64,000 nucleotides of DNA from Octopus sinensis (lineage: Eukaryota). Position numbers and translations under genes: made by a program. Shown here one piece after another: positions 11,196-25,106 of the stretch; positions within the stretch are counted from its first letter, which is position 1; every line of letters starts with the position of its first letter. Location of the stretch: contig NC_043017.1 of assembly GCF_006345805.1 (NCBI RefSeq), positions 11,780,001-11,844,000 of the forward strand, in the 5' to 3' direction. A model generated the notes under the pieces. The model had not been told where the DNA came from, ran no database searches, and worked only from the letters and a program-made list of their open reading frames with translations.

Positions 11196-12008
11196 TAAAA
11201 AATATAAACATCAACTGATAAATATACAAACACATTCAAATGAAACCCATTAATTGGTTAGCAATGGCATTAATGGGAGAGGAAAACATGAGAGAGAGAG
11301 AGAGAGAGAAAGCGAGAGAGAGAGCAAGAGAGAGAGAGAGAGAGAGAGAGGTTTTTATGATTTTTACTTGCTTTCATCAAATTCATCTCATGTCACATGA
11401 TTAACCAACTTTGATTTATCATTTTTGAATAAAGCAAATACACTCTCTATATCAAAGACATTTTCAGAAAAATCTGTTGCGTACAAGATTCAATTCTTCT
11501 CCTAGTCGTGCATGTGAGTGTATATAAGTGGATATTAGTTTATGTATGTATGCACATTTATATTTTGCATTTGTTGCAAACTTTTTTTTTTCCGACTCTT
11601 TTTACTTGGAAACATCTGTGTTTAACATGGAAAGATTCTTTACATGCCTTCAGTTACTTATTAGAAAATAATGTGTACATACAAACCTACATTCACATCC
11701 ACCGACACACATGTGTGTCCATGTGATTTCATATATGGGGAAGAAAGATCTATAGCTGAACAACTGACAATGATATGCTGCTATTGACACACATACACAC
11801 ATACATACATATAAACATGTACACATTCATCTATGTTTGTGTATATTTTAGCATTATTATACAAAGATATATATATATGTGTGTGTGTGTGTGTATATAT
11901 GTGTTTTTATATGTTTATGACTACACACACACACATATATATATATGTGTGTGTGTGTGTGTATATATATATATGTGTTTTAATGTTTATGACTACACAC
12001 ACACACAC

Positions 12009-12050
<42 letters not shown>

Positions 12051-13082
12051 ATATATATATGTGTGTGTGTAGTCATAAACATATTAAAACTCATTCATAT
12101 ATATATATGTCTATATATGTGTGTATAAGTGAGTGTCTCTGCAAATATCTTATTGTGTGTGTGTGTGTGTTTGGATAGATATGTGTGTGATAGTGTTGTG
12201 TGTGTTAAAGTTGAAAAGTTACAAGTGAAGGTTGTTTTGTAGTTGTGTTAATAAACAGTTTCTACAGAACCTACATTGCCATCATCATCCTCATCATCAT
12301 CATCATCATCATCAACATTATCGTCAGTACATTGACAAAATATTTTACAAATGGAAGAAGATATTTGGTTTGTGTTAATTAATTTTATCATCAACATGAT
12401 CATCATCATCATCATCATCACCATCACGATTCCTTAATATCTTAATCATTATAATATATATCTGGTTATCAACATAAACATCATCATCATCATCATCATC
12501 ACCACCATCACCGCCACCAACACCATTACCTTACCGTTACCTTTACCACCCCTGTCACTTACCCGCGTAACATTACAAAGTTTTCGTTTTAATGCAGCAG
12601 ATGGTTTTTTTTTAGCTTTTTGTGAGATCGTTAATTATCACAGAAATTTTGGAGAAACGTAACGAAGAGAGACAATAACTTTGATGTGTGAATTCTCACA
12701 ATATATTGACATTCTACATATCGACTTTCTTGATTAGCAATTCATATATATATATGTGTGTGTGTATCTACAAATACACACACACACACACACATATATA
12801 TAAGCTATATACATCCAAGCCCATGTGTATCAAGATGCATAGACATTCCTTCAAACATTAATAGAAACACACATTTTATTGTTATGTATGCAGGTATATC
12901 TATACAGAGCTCCGTGTGTTTATCTCTTCCTCTGTCTCATCATAAACACATAGACACACACACATACACACACACACATGCACACACACAAACACACACA
13001 CATTTAAATGTGCATGCATATATATGTACCCATATTCATTAAAAAATGCACATGCACTCACACACACACGAAGACAGACACA

Positions 13083-13314
13083 TACTCTCTTTACTCTTTA
13101 CTCTTTTACTTGTTTCAGTCATTTGACTGCGGCCATGCTGGAGCACCGCCTTTAGTCGAGCAAATCGACCCTGGGACTTATTCTTTGGAAGCATAGTACT
13201 TATTCTATCGATCTCTTTTTGCCGAACCGCTAAGTGACAGGGACGTAAAACACACCAGCATCGGTTGTCAAGCAATGCTAGGGGGACAAACACACACACA
13301 CACATACATACATA

Positions 13315-13375
<61 letters not shown>

Positions 13376-13540
13376 TACGACAGGCTTCTTTCAGTTTCCG
13401 TCTACCAAATCCACTCACAAGGCATTGGTCGGCCGGGGCTATAGCAGAAGACACTTGCCCAAGATGCCACGCAGTGGGACTGAACCCGGAACCACGTGGT
13501 TGGTTAGCAAGCTACTTACCACACAGCCACTCCTGTGCCT
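13083..13540 (-). mobile_element. tRNA-derived SINE, family A, full length
   Basis: Reverse complement of the family A consensus with an expanded internal (TA)n. Confidence 0.9.
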
Positions 13541-14040
13541 ACATGTGCACATACGCATACAAACAAACACCTGCAGACACATATATAAGATGGATCACTG
13601 TTGGTTTTGACGATGATTACTTAGGTGTTTGATCAACTCAGGTATTTGATCGACAGAATTACCTGCCCATGAATTAGAGATGCAAGTGGTTGAGTATTCC
13701 ACAGAGGTGTGTTTGCTGGAAGTAATTCTCCGGCAGTGAGAAAGGGACAGAGGCTGGAAATTTAAATTGCAGGAACAGATACAACCCATAGAAAGGGATT
13801 CCATTGGGGTAGAATTCAGTTTCATTCCACAAGTCATGAGTCAATTCAAAGATTGGCCAAAATTCTAAGTCACGAAACCAAACTGAAGAATCACATAATT
13901 GTAAACTGAACTTGTTAAGCATTCTGACAACATACACACACACACACACAATCACACACACACACACACACACACACTCACTCATATACACACACAGAGG
14001 GACACGTGCATGCACACAGAGGTCACACGTGCACGCACAC

Positions 14041-14074
<34 letters not shown>

Positions 14075-14719
14075 CACACACACACACACATACACCATCA
14101 ATTGACACAATCTGATAGGTTAAAGACCTGCATCACACTCCAACGTCTTCCAATAGCTGGATGCCCTTCTTAATGCAAATCCCTTTTGCTGCATTTACTG
14201 GGTGCTATTCTTTTTTCATTTTTGTGCCACCAGCACTTGTGAGGTCACCATACAGCTTGCAAGACTATGAACCTGAGGGAGGCAACTTTACGATCAGAAA
14301 TGAGGAATAAAGAGGAGTAAATTATGAGAGGGGAAAAAGGGGTAGAGCAGAACAGGTTTCTGGCAGGAGGGGAGTTACATGAATTCATATATTTTAGAAG
14401 AGAGGCTGGAAGTGATCGGATGGAGGTGGAATAATGTTGATGAGGTGTTTGAGTGAACCTTCAAAGTATGACGTGAGTAGGAATGGGTGGGGCAGAGAGC
14501 CCAGATAGATTGGGCAAGACAGACTGGTGCTCTTCCTGGCACCAAATTTTATTTTCAGATAAACTAAAATAAGATACTCTAATTGAAAGAAACCCATTGT
14601 TTATATATATATATATTACATATATATGTGTGTGTATATGCATATAATGTAGGAAGCATGTTGTCTACCCGGGTATTCAGCTTTAAATTATATCAAATTC
14701 ATATCAAATTATATTAAAT

Positions 14720-14975
14720 TTTACGTGCTGGTGGCACGTAAAAAGCACCATCTGTTCGTGGCCGTTTGCCAGCCTCGTCTGGCACCTGTGCTGGTGGCAT
14801 GTAAAAGCACCCACTACACTCACAGAGTGGTTGGCGTTAGGAAGAGCATCCAGCCATAGAAACATTGCCAGATCAGACTGGGCCAGGTGCAGCCTTCTGG
14901 CTTCCCAGACCCTAATTGAATTGTCCAATCCATGCTAGTATGGAAAGCGGACACTAAACGATGATGATGATGATG
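14720..14975 (+). mobile_element. RTE LINE 3' UTR fragment
   Basis: Matches the end of 36000-36740 (aaaagcacccactacac..catggaaagcggac..(gat)n). Confidence 0.8.
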
Positions 14976-15499
14976 ATAATCCATATTTTTGCATATAGAA
15001 ATGATACTAAATGTTAAAATATTGCCCAGGTAAATGCATGTAGAGACAAACACGTATGTGCATAGACACCCCCACCCCATGCTTCCACACAACAGGCTTC
15101 CACACAATTTCCATCTGCTGAACTTCATTCACATCATCTTTTCACATGTCTTGAAATTTGACATTATAAGTTTTTCTCATTTCACATTTTAACGACTTTG
15201 CAGGGTAAAAGGTTAGTGTTTTCCTTTAGCAAAATAACTGAACTTACCCATTCCACCGAAAACTGCTGGTCTTGTGCCGAAATTTGAAATAATCAACATT
15301 ATCATTAATGTTCATTGTTTTTCTATTTTATTTTGCTTTGTCTATGTGTTTCCTGAACATGTATAATCTGTTACATGGCACCCATATCTTCTCTTCTGCA
15401 ATGTCTTCAGACGATGATTTGGCAGGTGATGAATGTAGACTTGAAATGAATGAGAATAAACATACTCACATATGTAGACGCATATATGTATATATAGAT

Positions 15500-15783
15500 G
15501 TTCCGTTGCCAGCCTCGCCTGGCCCTCGTGCCGGTGGCACATAAAAAGCACCATCCGTTCGTGGCCGTTTGCCAGCTCTGTCTGGCACCAGTGCGGGTGG
15601 CACGTAAAAAGCACCCACTACACTCACGGAGTGGTTGGCGTTAGGAAGGGCATCCAGCCGTAGAAACACTGCCAGATTTGACTGGGCCTGATGAAGCCTT
15701 CTGGCTTCACAGACCCCAGTAGAACCGTCCAACCCATGCTAGCATGGAAAACGGACGCTAAATGATGATGATGATGATGATGA
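15500..15783 (+). mobile_element. RTE LINE 3' UTR fragment
   Basis: Same tail family with internal subrepeats of about 55 bp and a (gat)n end. Confidence 0.8.
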
Positions 15784-16004
15784 TATAATATATATATATC
15801 TATATAATATAATATATATATATAGGTATGGATGTATATATATGTAATATATTGTGTATATATATATGTAATAGATATATGTATATATGTATGTATATAT
15901 ATGGTATGTATATATATATCTATATGCATATATGTATGTATATATATGTGTATGTATATATATATATGCATACATGTATATATATATATGTATATATATA
16001 TGTA

Positions 16005-16038
<34 letters not shown>

Positions 16039-16136
16039 ATCTCCATATATACATATATACATGCATATATATATATATGCATGCATATACAAATGTATAC
16101 AAACATGCATATACATGCGTATATATGTGACATATA
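15784..16136. repeat. imperfect (TA)n/(TATG)n microsatellite
   Basis: Direct reading. Confidence 0.9.
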
Positions 16137-16806
16137 TTTTGATTTTTAATCAGCAGAAAGTTACAAAAGTGAGTCAAAGGTTAAGTTTCATGAATGGCAC
16201 TTACCAAAACTTTCTGCCAATTAAAGGCAGTAAGTATATATATATATACCCATGTATTGAGTTCTATTTCACCCACTTATTCAAGCAAGCCTGTCTGTCT
16301 CTCTGTCTTTGTCTCTCTGTCACTCTCTCTCTCTCTCTGTAATAGATTACACACACACACACACAGAGATTTGGTCAAAGTTTAAAATGAAATATGCTTT
16401 GCAAATACAATTTCACACAAAAACTAACACTATGTGTGTGTGTGTGTGTGTGTATATATATACCAATGTTAGTTCTGTGTGAAATTGCATTTAAAAGCAT
16501 ATTTCCTCAATACTTTTTAGAAGATTACATATGCATTAATTTTCACAAGGATTATGTTGACAGTGACTTGGAAGTTTTGACTTACCAGCTATCATCAGAC
16601 TATAGCTTACTGGATTTTTATATATGTTTTGCCAAGGTGTTCTTCTAGTAGGTGGAGTAATGTGAATGAGAATTAGGCAAATGGAAGTGGTTGTGTAGAA
16701 AGTATGAATAAAGAAGGGTCAGAGGAAGGAATATGTTTGTAGGAGGTAGGTTGAGAGAGAGAGAGAGAAATAATAGAGACAGTTTTCTGATTTCATAAGG
16801 AAAATT

Positions 16807-17277
16807 GGATCTTTTCGGTTTGAACGGCAGTTTTTAACATACTTTCTAGGTAACTAAAAAATTTAAAACTTCGTATACTGGTAAAATGTGTTTATAAAAC
16901 ATCTTTTTCTCTTGGCTTTATTGAGAAAATTCTATAGTTTGTAAGATATTTGTTGTTTTTTTTCTTCAATTTCTGCAATTTCAACCAATCAGTGACGTCT
17001 ATTGAGGTAAAAAAAACATTCTGTGCCGTATGAATAAGGAGTATATTATGCCGCTTTCTCATCTGATGAGAAAGCGGCATAATATACTCCTTATATGTCC
17101 CTCATTTAAGATTGGATTTATTTACATTTGTGAAGAAAAACAGATACCCTTCCCCCATCCCTAACCCTAACCCTAAAACAGATTGAAATGCAATAGATCG
17201 ATTCTAGGGTCATAATTATGGGTGACAATTTCATATGACACTGCTAGAAAAAACTGCTGTTCAAACTGAAAAGATCC
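16807..17277. mobile_element. MITE with about 28-bp TIRs and internal (CCCTAA)n
   Basis: ggatcttttcggtttgaacggcagtttt ... aaaactgctgttcaaactgaaaagatcc; second copy at 55322-56064 in the opposite internal orientation. Confidence 0.85.
17035..17093. repeat. perfect 59-bp palindrome inserted in the MITE
   Basis: 29-bp arms taaggagtatattatgccgctttctcatc / gatgagaaagcggcataatatactcctta with a 1-nt centre; absent from the paralogous MITE. Confidence 0.95.
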
Positions 17278-17808
17278 GGAAAATTTGTTAATGTTTAAGA
17301 CTTCAATCAGATGTGTAAGTGAAAAAGTAAAAAGATGATGTATCTTCTTCAGATCACATTTTGTGTTGGTTGAAGTATTTCTTGCGACCGTTCTAGATTC
17401 TTTGTGTATATGGAAGTTTTGCATGATTTTAGAGTTGATCAAAGTCTGTTTACAGATAATACCAAATATGATTTATCACAAGGCACCGTTTAGAGAGGAA
17501 TCAAAGCCGAGTTGGTGTTAGAAGTAATCTTTCAAGAAATTTATAATTGGGTTACATTTAAAAAGATTACAATGAAAAAGTTGCTTCTATAAATTATTCA
17601 TTGGAATATGATATTTATTGAAATATATTTCTAGTCTGGCTCTTTATATATATAATATATAGACAAATGCATGCATACAACAGTATGTCAGTACTATATA
17701 GCTTGATAAATGCAAATAGATTATTAACTATATCTGTAGAAATATGTGTCTACAAGGAGATATAAATGTATACAAAAAATAATAAACATTTAAGGAGATA
17801 CAAATATA

Positions 17809-18129
17809 TCTCTCTATATATAAAACTGAAGTTGTCTGTGTATGGCCGGTTTGGTAGCCTTCAACTAACACTATCTCCTCCGAGACCCTGCAGCACAAGT
17901 TGATCAAAATTGAGAGTATGATTGAAGAAGGCTTGCTCTTCCTTACGTAGAAGAAAAAATTCAAATCAGACAATGTAAACACCAAAAATTATTTTTCGGT
18001 GTATTTCAACAAGAAAAATGTTCACTTAAAGAGAATAACAAGCTACATAATGCAAAACTTTTACTTTTCCAAAAATTCCAATTTTAAAGGGTCGAAACAA
18101 ACCCAAGCAACGCCGGGCAATACTGCTAG
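17809..18129 (+). mobile_element. non-autonomous Helitron
   Basis: 5' a|TCtctctatatataaa; 3' subterminal caacgccggg then CTAG|t. Termini are shared with 49480-49848. Confidence 0.75.
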
Positions 18130-18178
18130 TAATATATATATATATATATACACCACACAACACACACACACACACATG

Positions 18179-18210
<32 letters not shown>

Positions 18211-18244
18211 AGCATGTGTTACCTAGACACAAACACACACACAT

Positions 18245-18420
18245 AAAGGGCATCCAGACATAGAAAACATGCCAAATCAGACTGGAACCTGATGCAGCCT
18301 TCTGGTTTACCAGTTCCAGTCAAGCCATCTAACCCATGCCAACATTGAGAGTGGACGTTAAATAATGATGATGATAATGAAATGATGATGATACATATAT
18401 CATCATCATCATTTAACATC
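18245..18420 (+). mobile_element. RTE LINE 3' UTR fragment with repeated tail
   Basis: aagggcatccag..gtggacgttaaataatgatgatg. Confidence 0.7.
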
Positions 18421-18464
18421 TACATTCTATGCTGGCATTCCTCCTATCTGTCTGTCTGTCTATC

Positions 18465-18506
<42 letters not shown>

Positions 18507-18763
18507 CAGATAGTAGGTAGGTAGGTATTTTTTCACTTTCAATGTCTTTGTAATAGATAACGGATTTGTATCTGCTTGTTAAAAGGAAAGCGTCTCTCCA
18601 TGTGTCAAACATGTTTCCCCAAAATGCTTGAAATAGATGTAAAATCACCCTCAAATCACATCTATGAATGTATCTCATTTTCAATATTCTCTCATTCTCT
18701 CTCTATCTTTTATACCGTTTCTCTCTCTCTCTCTCTCAATCTCTCTTTGTCAGTCTCTGTATG

Positions 18764-18812
<49 letters not shown>

Positions 18813-19799
18813 GTAGATATATAGTATATATAGTATATATATATATATGTATATATGTAGACAGGTATTTATATATCAGTTTGAGTCGTATGAGCATTCT
18901 TCAACGTTTTTCCATCCAAGTTCCATCATTAAAAATGAATTATTTAATGTCTCTGGAAATTTCTAAATTCTTATGACCTGACAGTTCTATAAATGTGTGT
19001 GTGTGTGTGTATAGATAGATAGACGTACACACATGCACACACACACACATATATATATCTGCATATGAGTTTATGTATTCATGTAAATAAATATCTATAA
19101 ATTAAATGTATATATATATGTATATATAAATAAAAAATACATAGATCATAAAATACATGTGTGTGTATAAACACATGTATATTTATATAGATTCATTCAT
19201 TCTAAAGTGAAAATTATTATGGATCATAATACCTGAGTATCAATATAACAAGTGGACATGTGAGACTATGAAGAAATAAAATGTTTTCCATCCATCAATG
19301 CTACTTGAAACCACATACTCAGGTTTAATGATTTTTGCCTGGGAGCTTCTAACTACTACCACGTTCTAGTAAACACTGACTGTATAGTGTTGTCTAAGAG
19401 AGATGACTGATGAAGAGTGTCATTCATGTGTATATGTATGTGCTGTGTGAAACTAAGAGAGAAAGGGAATGAGAGTGAAATAGAGAGAAGAGGGGAAAAG
19501 AAGGAGGGAGAGTGAAAAGAAACTCAAGAAGAAAGCTAAAGAGACTTTTAGCATCATTAAATGATATTTGTGTATCTCACACGCTAAGTCCTTTATTTTC
19601 AGCAATTGGCATTTCCTCACCTCACTTTTGGGTTCCAAGTGGGGCCGAGAACCAGGCATATTTAACTTTGTGCATTATTCAGTTATGGTTTTGGAATTGT
19701 GTGCAAATTTTATAAAATGCTCGTTGAGAAACAATGACACAATTTTGAGAGACATACAGCCATTCTCACATGGCTGTGTATATATTATGTGTATATATA

Positions 19800-19916
19800 A
19801 TATCATCATCATCATCATCGTTTAACATCCGCTTTCCATGCTAGCATGGGTTGGGCAATTCGACTGAGGTCTGGCAAACCAGATGGCTGCACCAGACTCC
19901 ACTCTGATCTTATATG

Positions 19917-19967
<51 letters not shown>

Positions 19968-20070
19968 TATATATGGATGTGCGTGTGTGTGTATAGTCAC
20001 AGAAGTCTGGTGTAGGCTTCTGCCCGGCCGGCTCTTGTAAAACTGTCCCACCCATGATGATGATGATGAT
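19800..20070 (-). mobile_element. RTE LINE 3' tail fragments split by (TA)n
   Basis: catcatcgtttaacatccgctttccatgctagcatggg in the reverse orientation of the tail. Confidence 0.65.
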
Positions 20071-20092
20071 ATATACACATATACAATGATAT

Positions 20093-20315
20093 GGGAGCTG
20101 GCAGAAACGTTAGCACGCCGGGTGAAATGCTTTGCGGTATTTCGTCCGCTGCTACGTTCTGAGTTCAAATTCTGCCGAGGTCGACTTTGCCTTTTATCCT
20201 TTCGGGGTCGGTTAAATAAGTATCAGTTATGCACTGGGGTAGATATAATCGACTTAATCCGTTTGTCATTGTTTGTCTTCTCTGTGTTTAGCCCCTTGTG
20301 GGTAGTAAAGAAATA
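20093..20315 (+). mobile_element. tRNA-like SINE, family B
   Basis: gagctggcagaaacgttagc..gttcaaattc B box..gtaaagaaata; homologous to 53268-53499 and 57002-57233. Confidence 0.85.
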
Positions 20316-20869
20316 GGTTTATGTTTTCTATAAAATATAACATGTAGCAGTATTTCAAGCATGGGAAAAATTAGCTTCCTCCAAAAATAAGGAAGAGTTG
20401 ATGTCAAGAAGGGCATCAAGCCATGGAATAAAGTCTCAAGAAATATTGGCTGATCTCTACCAAAATGGAAAAAAGTGTAATATCATCCTTTCAGTCATAG
20501 GCACAAAGCCTGGAATTTTGAGTGAGAGGGTGGGGTCAATTACATTGGCCCCCTAAGCTCAACTTCTTTTATCCACCCTGAAAGAAGAAAGGTAAAGCAA
20601 ACTTTGGTGGTATTTGAACTCAGAACATAGAGCAGAACAAATGCTGCTAAGCCTATTTTGTCTTACAACAATTCTCACAGTTCAACATCTTGTACAGGTA
20701 ATAATAACAAACTACATTCATATATACAAACACATATAAGTAGATACATACACACACATGCATGCACACACACACATATATGCATATTATATATGCACAC
20801 ATGAACATATATAGATATATATGAATATGTGTTTGTGGGGGTGATTATATATATGTTTGTGTGTGTAAC

Positions 20870-20895
20870 TATTTATCTATCTGTCTGTCTGTTGG

Positions 20896-20983
<88 letters not shown>

Positions 20984-21031
20984 ATCTATCTATCTATTAT
21001 CTATCCATCCATCCATCCATCCATCCATCCT

Positions 21032-21118
<87 letters not shown>

Positions 21119-21130
21119 GTCTGTCTATCT
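20870..21130. repeat. (TATC)n/(CATC)n microsatellite
   Basis: Direct reading. Confidence 0.95.
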
Positions 21131-21274
21131 AGGTAACTAATTAACTAACTATATAGATATGTGCTTCGTTCTGTACATGTGTGTATATGAAGCATACACA
21201 CACAGATACAGGTAAACATACCACAGCGTATCAAAATGAGGCTGAGCCAATTCTTACACACATACACACACACA

Positions 21275-21306
<32 letters not shown>

Positions 21307-21580
21307 TTAAATGATGATGATGCACACATACCTAGCACACATGAATATAGATACACATATATACATACACATACATATAAGTAAATACACACGCACACAT
21401 ACACACAGACATACACACACATACACATACACACATACACATACATATACACACACATACACATACACACACACACATGAATATAGATAAACATATATAC
21501 ATACACACATACACATACATATAAGTAAATACACACACACACATACACATACACACACATACACACACACACACACACAC

Positions 21581-21680
21581 NNNNNNNNNNNNNNNNNNNN
21601 NNNNNNNNNNNNNNNNNNNNNNNNNNNNNNNNNNNNNNNNNNNNNNNNNNNNNNNNNNNNNNNNNNNNNNNNNNNNNNNN
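21581..21680. other. assembly gap (100 N)
   Basis: Run of 100 n, next to a long (CA)-type tract. Confidence 1.
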
Positions 21681-22371
21681 ATCCTCTTCCCCCCCTCCTC
21701 CTCCTCCTCCTCCAATGCCTTTTTTCCATGCTGGTATGGGTTGAATGGTTCAACAGGAGCTGACTAGCTTGAGAACTATGCATACATTTAAATAAATATA
21801 TATATACACACACTCACACATCACATATATATACTTATAAATCTATACATATGCATACACATACATATACATCTATATGTTTATACACGCACACACACAC
21901 ACAGAGCGGTTATGATGGCTGACTAGAGCGAACAAAGCATTGAGCTGAAATGTTGCAGCAACCATTTTGCGATGCCTTACAGCAGAACATTACTTGCTTC
22001 AATTCTGTGACTGAAAATTAAAATTAATGTCATTCCCATTTCATGGCTGGGTTGTCAACAATAGAAAATGTATCCAGCTGAATAAATGTTGTCTTCACAC
22101 ATATGCAAATATGAAAACTTGCAATAATTATCTTTTGTATGTTAATCTAGAAAAATTTCTCCATGTTTCTGGCGTTCCAATATTTGCTACACCAACATTG
22201 TTCGGTATTGATCTTGTATTTCAAAACAGACTTTTTTGCTAATCCTTCTTTTTTTTTTTCATCTTCTTACTCAACTAATTCTGTTCAATATATGTTGTGT
22301 AATATACCACCGTATTAGAGTAGGAATATGGGTCTGAAAAATCTCAGCTGTTTCTGTTCCACAAAAATTAT

Positions 22372-22815
22372 CATCATCGTTTAATGTCCGCTTTCCATGC
22401 TAGCATGGGTTGGACGGTTCAACTGGGATCTGGGAAGCCAGAAGGCTGCACCAGGCCCAGTCTGATCTGGCAGTGTTTCTACAGCTGGATGCCCTTCCTA
22501 ACGCCAACCACTCCATGAGTGTAGTGGGTGCTTTTTACATGCCAGCAGCACAAGTGCCAGACGAGGCTGGCAAACGGCCACGATCGGATGGTGCTTTTTA
22601 CGTGCCACCGGCACGGAGGCCAGTCGATGTGGCACTGGCTATGGCCACGTTCGGATGGTTCTCTTACATGCCACCGGCACTGGTATCACAGCTACAAATT
22701 CCATTGATGTTGATAGATTACGATTTTGAATTTTGATTTTGATTTTCACTTGCCTCAACAGGTCTTCACAAGTGGAGTTTTGTGTCCCAAGAAGGAAAGG
22801 AATGCATAAGTGGGC
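22372..22815 (-). mobile_element. RTE LINE 3' UTR, longer fragment
   Basis: Reverse complement corresponds to 36350-36740 (ccagcccacttatgcat..aagacctgttga..tail). Confidence 0.8.
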
Positions 22816-23282
22816 TGGAGCAAGTGAATTAATTCTGTGTAAGAATATAAAATATGTGGTTTTGCTCGAAAACGATAATTTTATCTATAAAACCCCAAGA
22901 GAGAGCATGTGAGTTGGACAAATGAAGTATGATATTCATCTAATTGGGAACATCAGCTTCAATGGAATCTCTTTGATCACATACAATCTGTAATTATCCA
23001 GTGTTTATTATTGTTCAGTAAAGTAGTCCTTACATTTAGAATGCAACAATAACCACAAAATATGCCAGCACTCCATTCATTGCGGATTCATTATCTTGAT
23101 AGTTACATTATGATTTTTAACAACAATAAATCATTCTTCGCTCTGAATGTATTTACTGCTTTATGTAATTCTTCTTTACGTTTCTCCTTCAACCAAAGCA
23201 CCGAAACCAGTGTTTCACATGAGAAATGGTGGGGAGTCAAAAGCTTGGAGTTGAATCTGATAAATAATTTGTAATTTCTTTT

Positions 23283-23458
23283 CATCATCATCATCATCAT
23301 CATCCGTTTTCTGCGCTAGCACGGGTTGGACGGTTCGACCTGGGTCTGGGAAGCCAGGAGGCTGCACCAGGCTCCAGTCTGATCTGGCAGTGTTTCTACA
23401 GCTGGGTGCCCTTCCTAACGCCAACCACTCCGTGAGTGTAGTGGGTGATTTTTACTTG
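23283..23458 (-). mobile_element. RTE LINE 3' tail fragment
   Basis: (cat)n..gggttggacggttcgac..gtagtgggtg. Confidence 0.8.
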
Positions 23459-23954
23459 TTTAAATTTTGGTTAATCTAATGAATTTAAAAAAAAATATAT
23501 TCATCCCCTTTTTTGGTTTATTGGGACCTTTTAAATTTCAAAAGCCATTAAATTTAATTGAATCTCTCTGGGTCTGCTGAACCCTTCTAAGTTTTGAGGC
23601 CTCTTCTAACTGTTTAGGGTCTCTATGTTTAATGGGGTCCTCTTTACTATCTCATTACATTTTGAATTAGCAAAACTGTAGAAGCTTTCAAAACCTATTG
23701 ACTCAGTAACCCTACAAAGTCTAAATCCAGCCCTGGTGTCAGTCTCTTTGGAGAAGGTCTGGTGAAGATTAAAATGGGAGCAGACAAATTGCCATGTTTA
23801 ATATAATTAGATCAATCTAGTTGAGCTAAATCATAGCCAACTATATTTTGTCTTCTCACTTATAAAGTCAGAAGTTAAAATATTTAATTTCATTTGTATC
23901 TTTTTAGGGAATTGTGGGCTGGTATTTGTCAAATGCATCATCATCATCATCATC

Positions 23955-24206
23955 ATCATTTTCATCATCTAACACACTTTTACATGCTTGTATGTATTGG
24001 GCAAAATTTGGTGACACAGATTTTCAAATCCCCATCTGTTTCCAAGCAAGGAAACGGTTTCTTCTTGACCAGACATATTTTCATGGAAGATCTAAAATGG
24101 ACACCACTTGCATGACCGTGAAACTCGCTTACAACTGTCACGTGATTTAGGCAAGGAGAAATCACATACATGCACTCACACACACACATACATGTGCATG
24201 TACACA

Positions 24207-24240
<34 letters not shown>

Positions 24241-24500
24241 TCTATCTGTCCATCTGTACATATACACATGCATACATACACACATGCATACACACACATA
24301 CATAATACATACATACATACACACATACATACATGCATACATACTATAGGCTTCTTTCAGTTTCCATGTACCAAATCCACCCACAAGGTTTTCGTCAACC
24401 TGGGGCTGTAGTAGAAGACACTTGCTGAAGATGCCATACTGTGAGGCATGGGGTTGAGAAATGAACTTCTTACCAAATAGCCACAGCTACACCTCTAGCC
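23955..24500 (-). mobile_element. family-A-headed SINE with RTE-like tail
   Basis: A-type head in reverse at 24340-24500, a CA tract, and a diverged RTE-like tail at 23955-24070. Confidence 0.55.
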
Positions 24501-24796
24501 ATGCCCATCCCTATTAAAAAGAAGCAAAAATGGAAACTAACTGGTAAATTCATTCACACACTCACACACACACATGCAGGAGATGCATCCTGCATTCAGC
24601 AGTATCCATCAAGGAGGGAATATGTTTTTACTGACATCATCAAAATGGAACTTGTAACGTTCATGCTTTCCTCTTGGGTATTAGTGATTCAAGTGAAGTG
24701 ACATAGCTACAAGTTGGACTGGAAATTTAGCCATAAATCTGATGACCGCTGAAACCATATCTGTAATTGATAGTGCTTGTATGAGTGTGTATGAGT

Positions 24797-24834
<38 letters not shown>

Positions 24835-25052
24835 AAAAAGATAAATTATTTCAGGTAATTAGATTTAATTGTTTGGTCGTTTGTGGTCATTGGTATCTAT
24901 CAATAGATGGCCAATGTTATTGATTTTTGGGGAGTGTCCTTGTGGAGTTTATACCTTTCTCAAGGATGTCGGCTTGAAATATAAATGAAAAACTTTACAA
25001 TTAGTCCCCTAATTTGATTTGCTAAGAGCTTACCAACAGGTTATTGAACTTC

Positions 25053-25106
<54 letters not shown>

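Noticed and set aside
17158-17176. Telomere or chromosome-fusion site from (CCCTAA)3
   Set aside because: It is internal to a MITE family and also present in the second copy.
20350-20480. Open frame AWEKLASSKNKEELMSRR..
   Set aside because: Sequence resembles a decayed RTE-type tail (aagggcatc.agcca).
24735-24775. Hammerhead at ctgatga-ccgct-gaaac..gta
   Set aside because: No stem II can form and stem I is only 3 bp.
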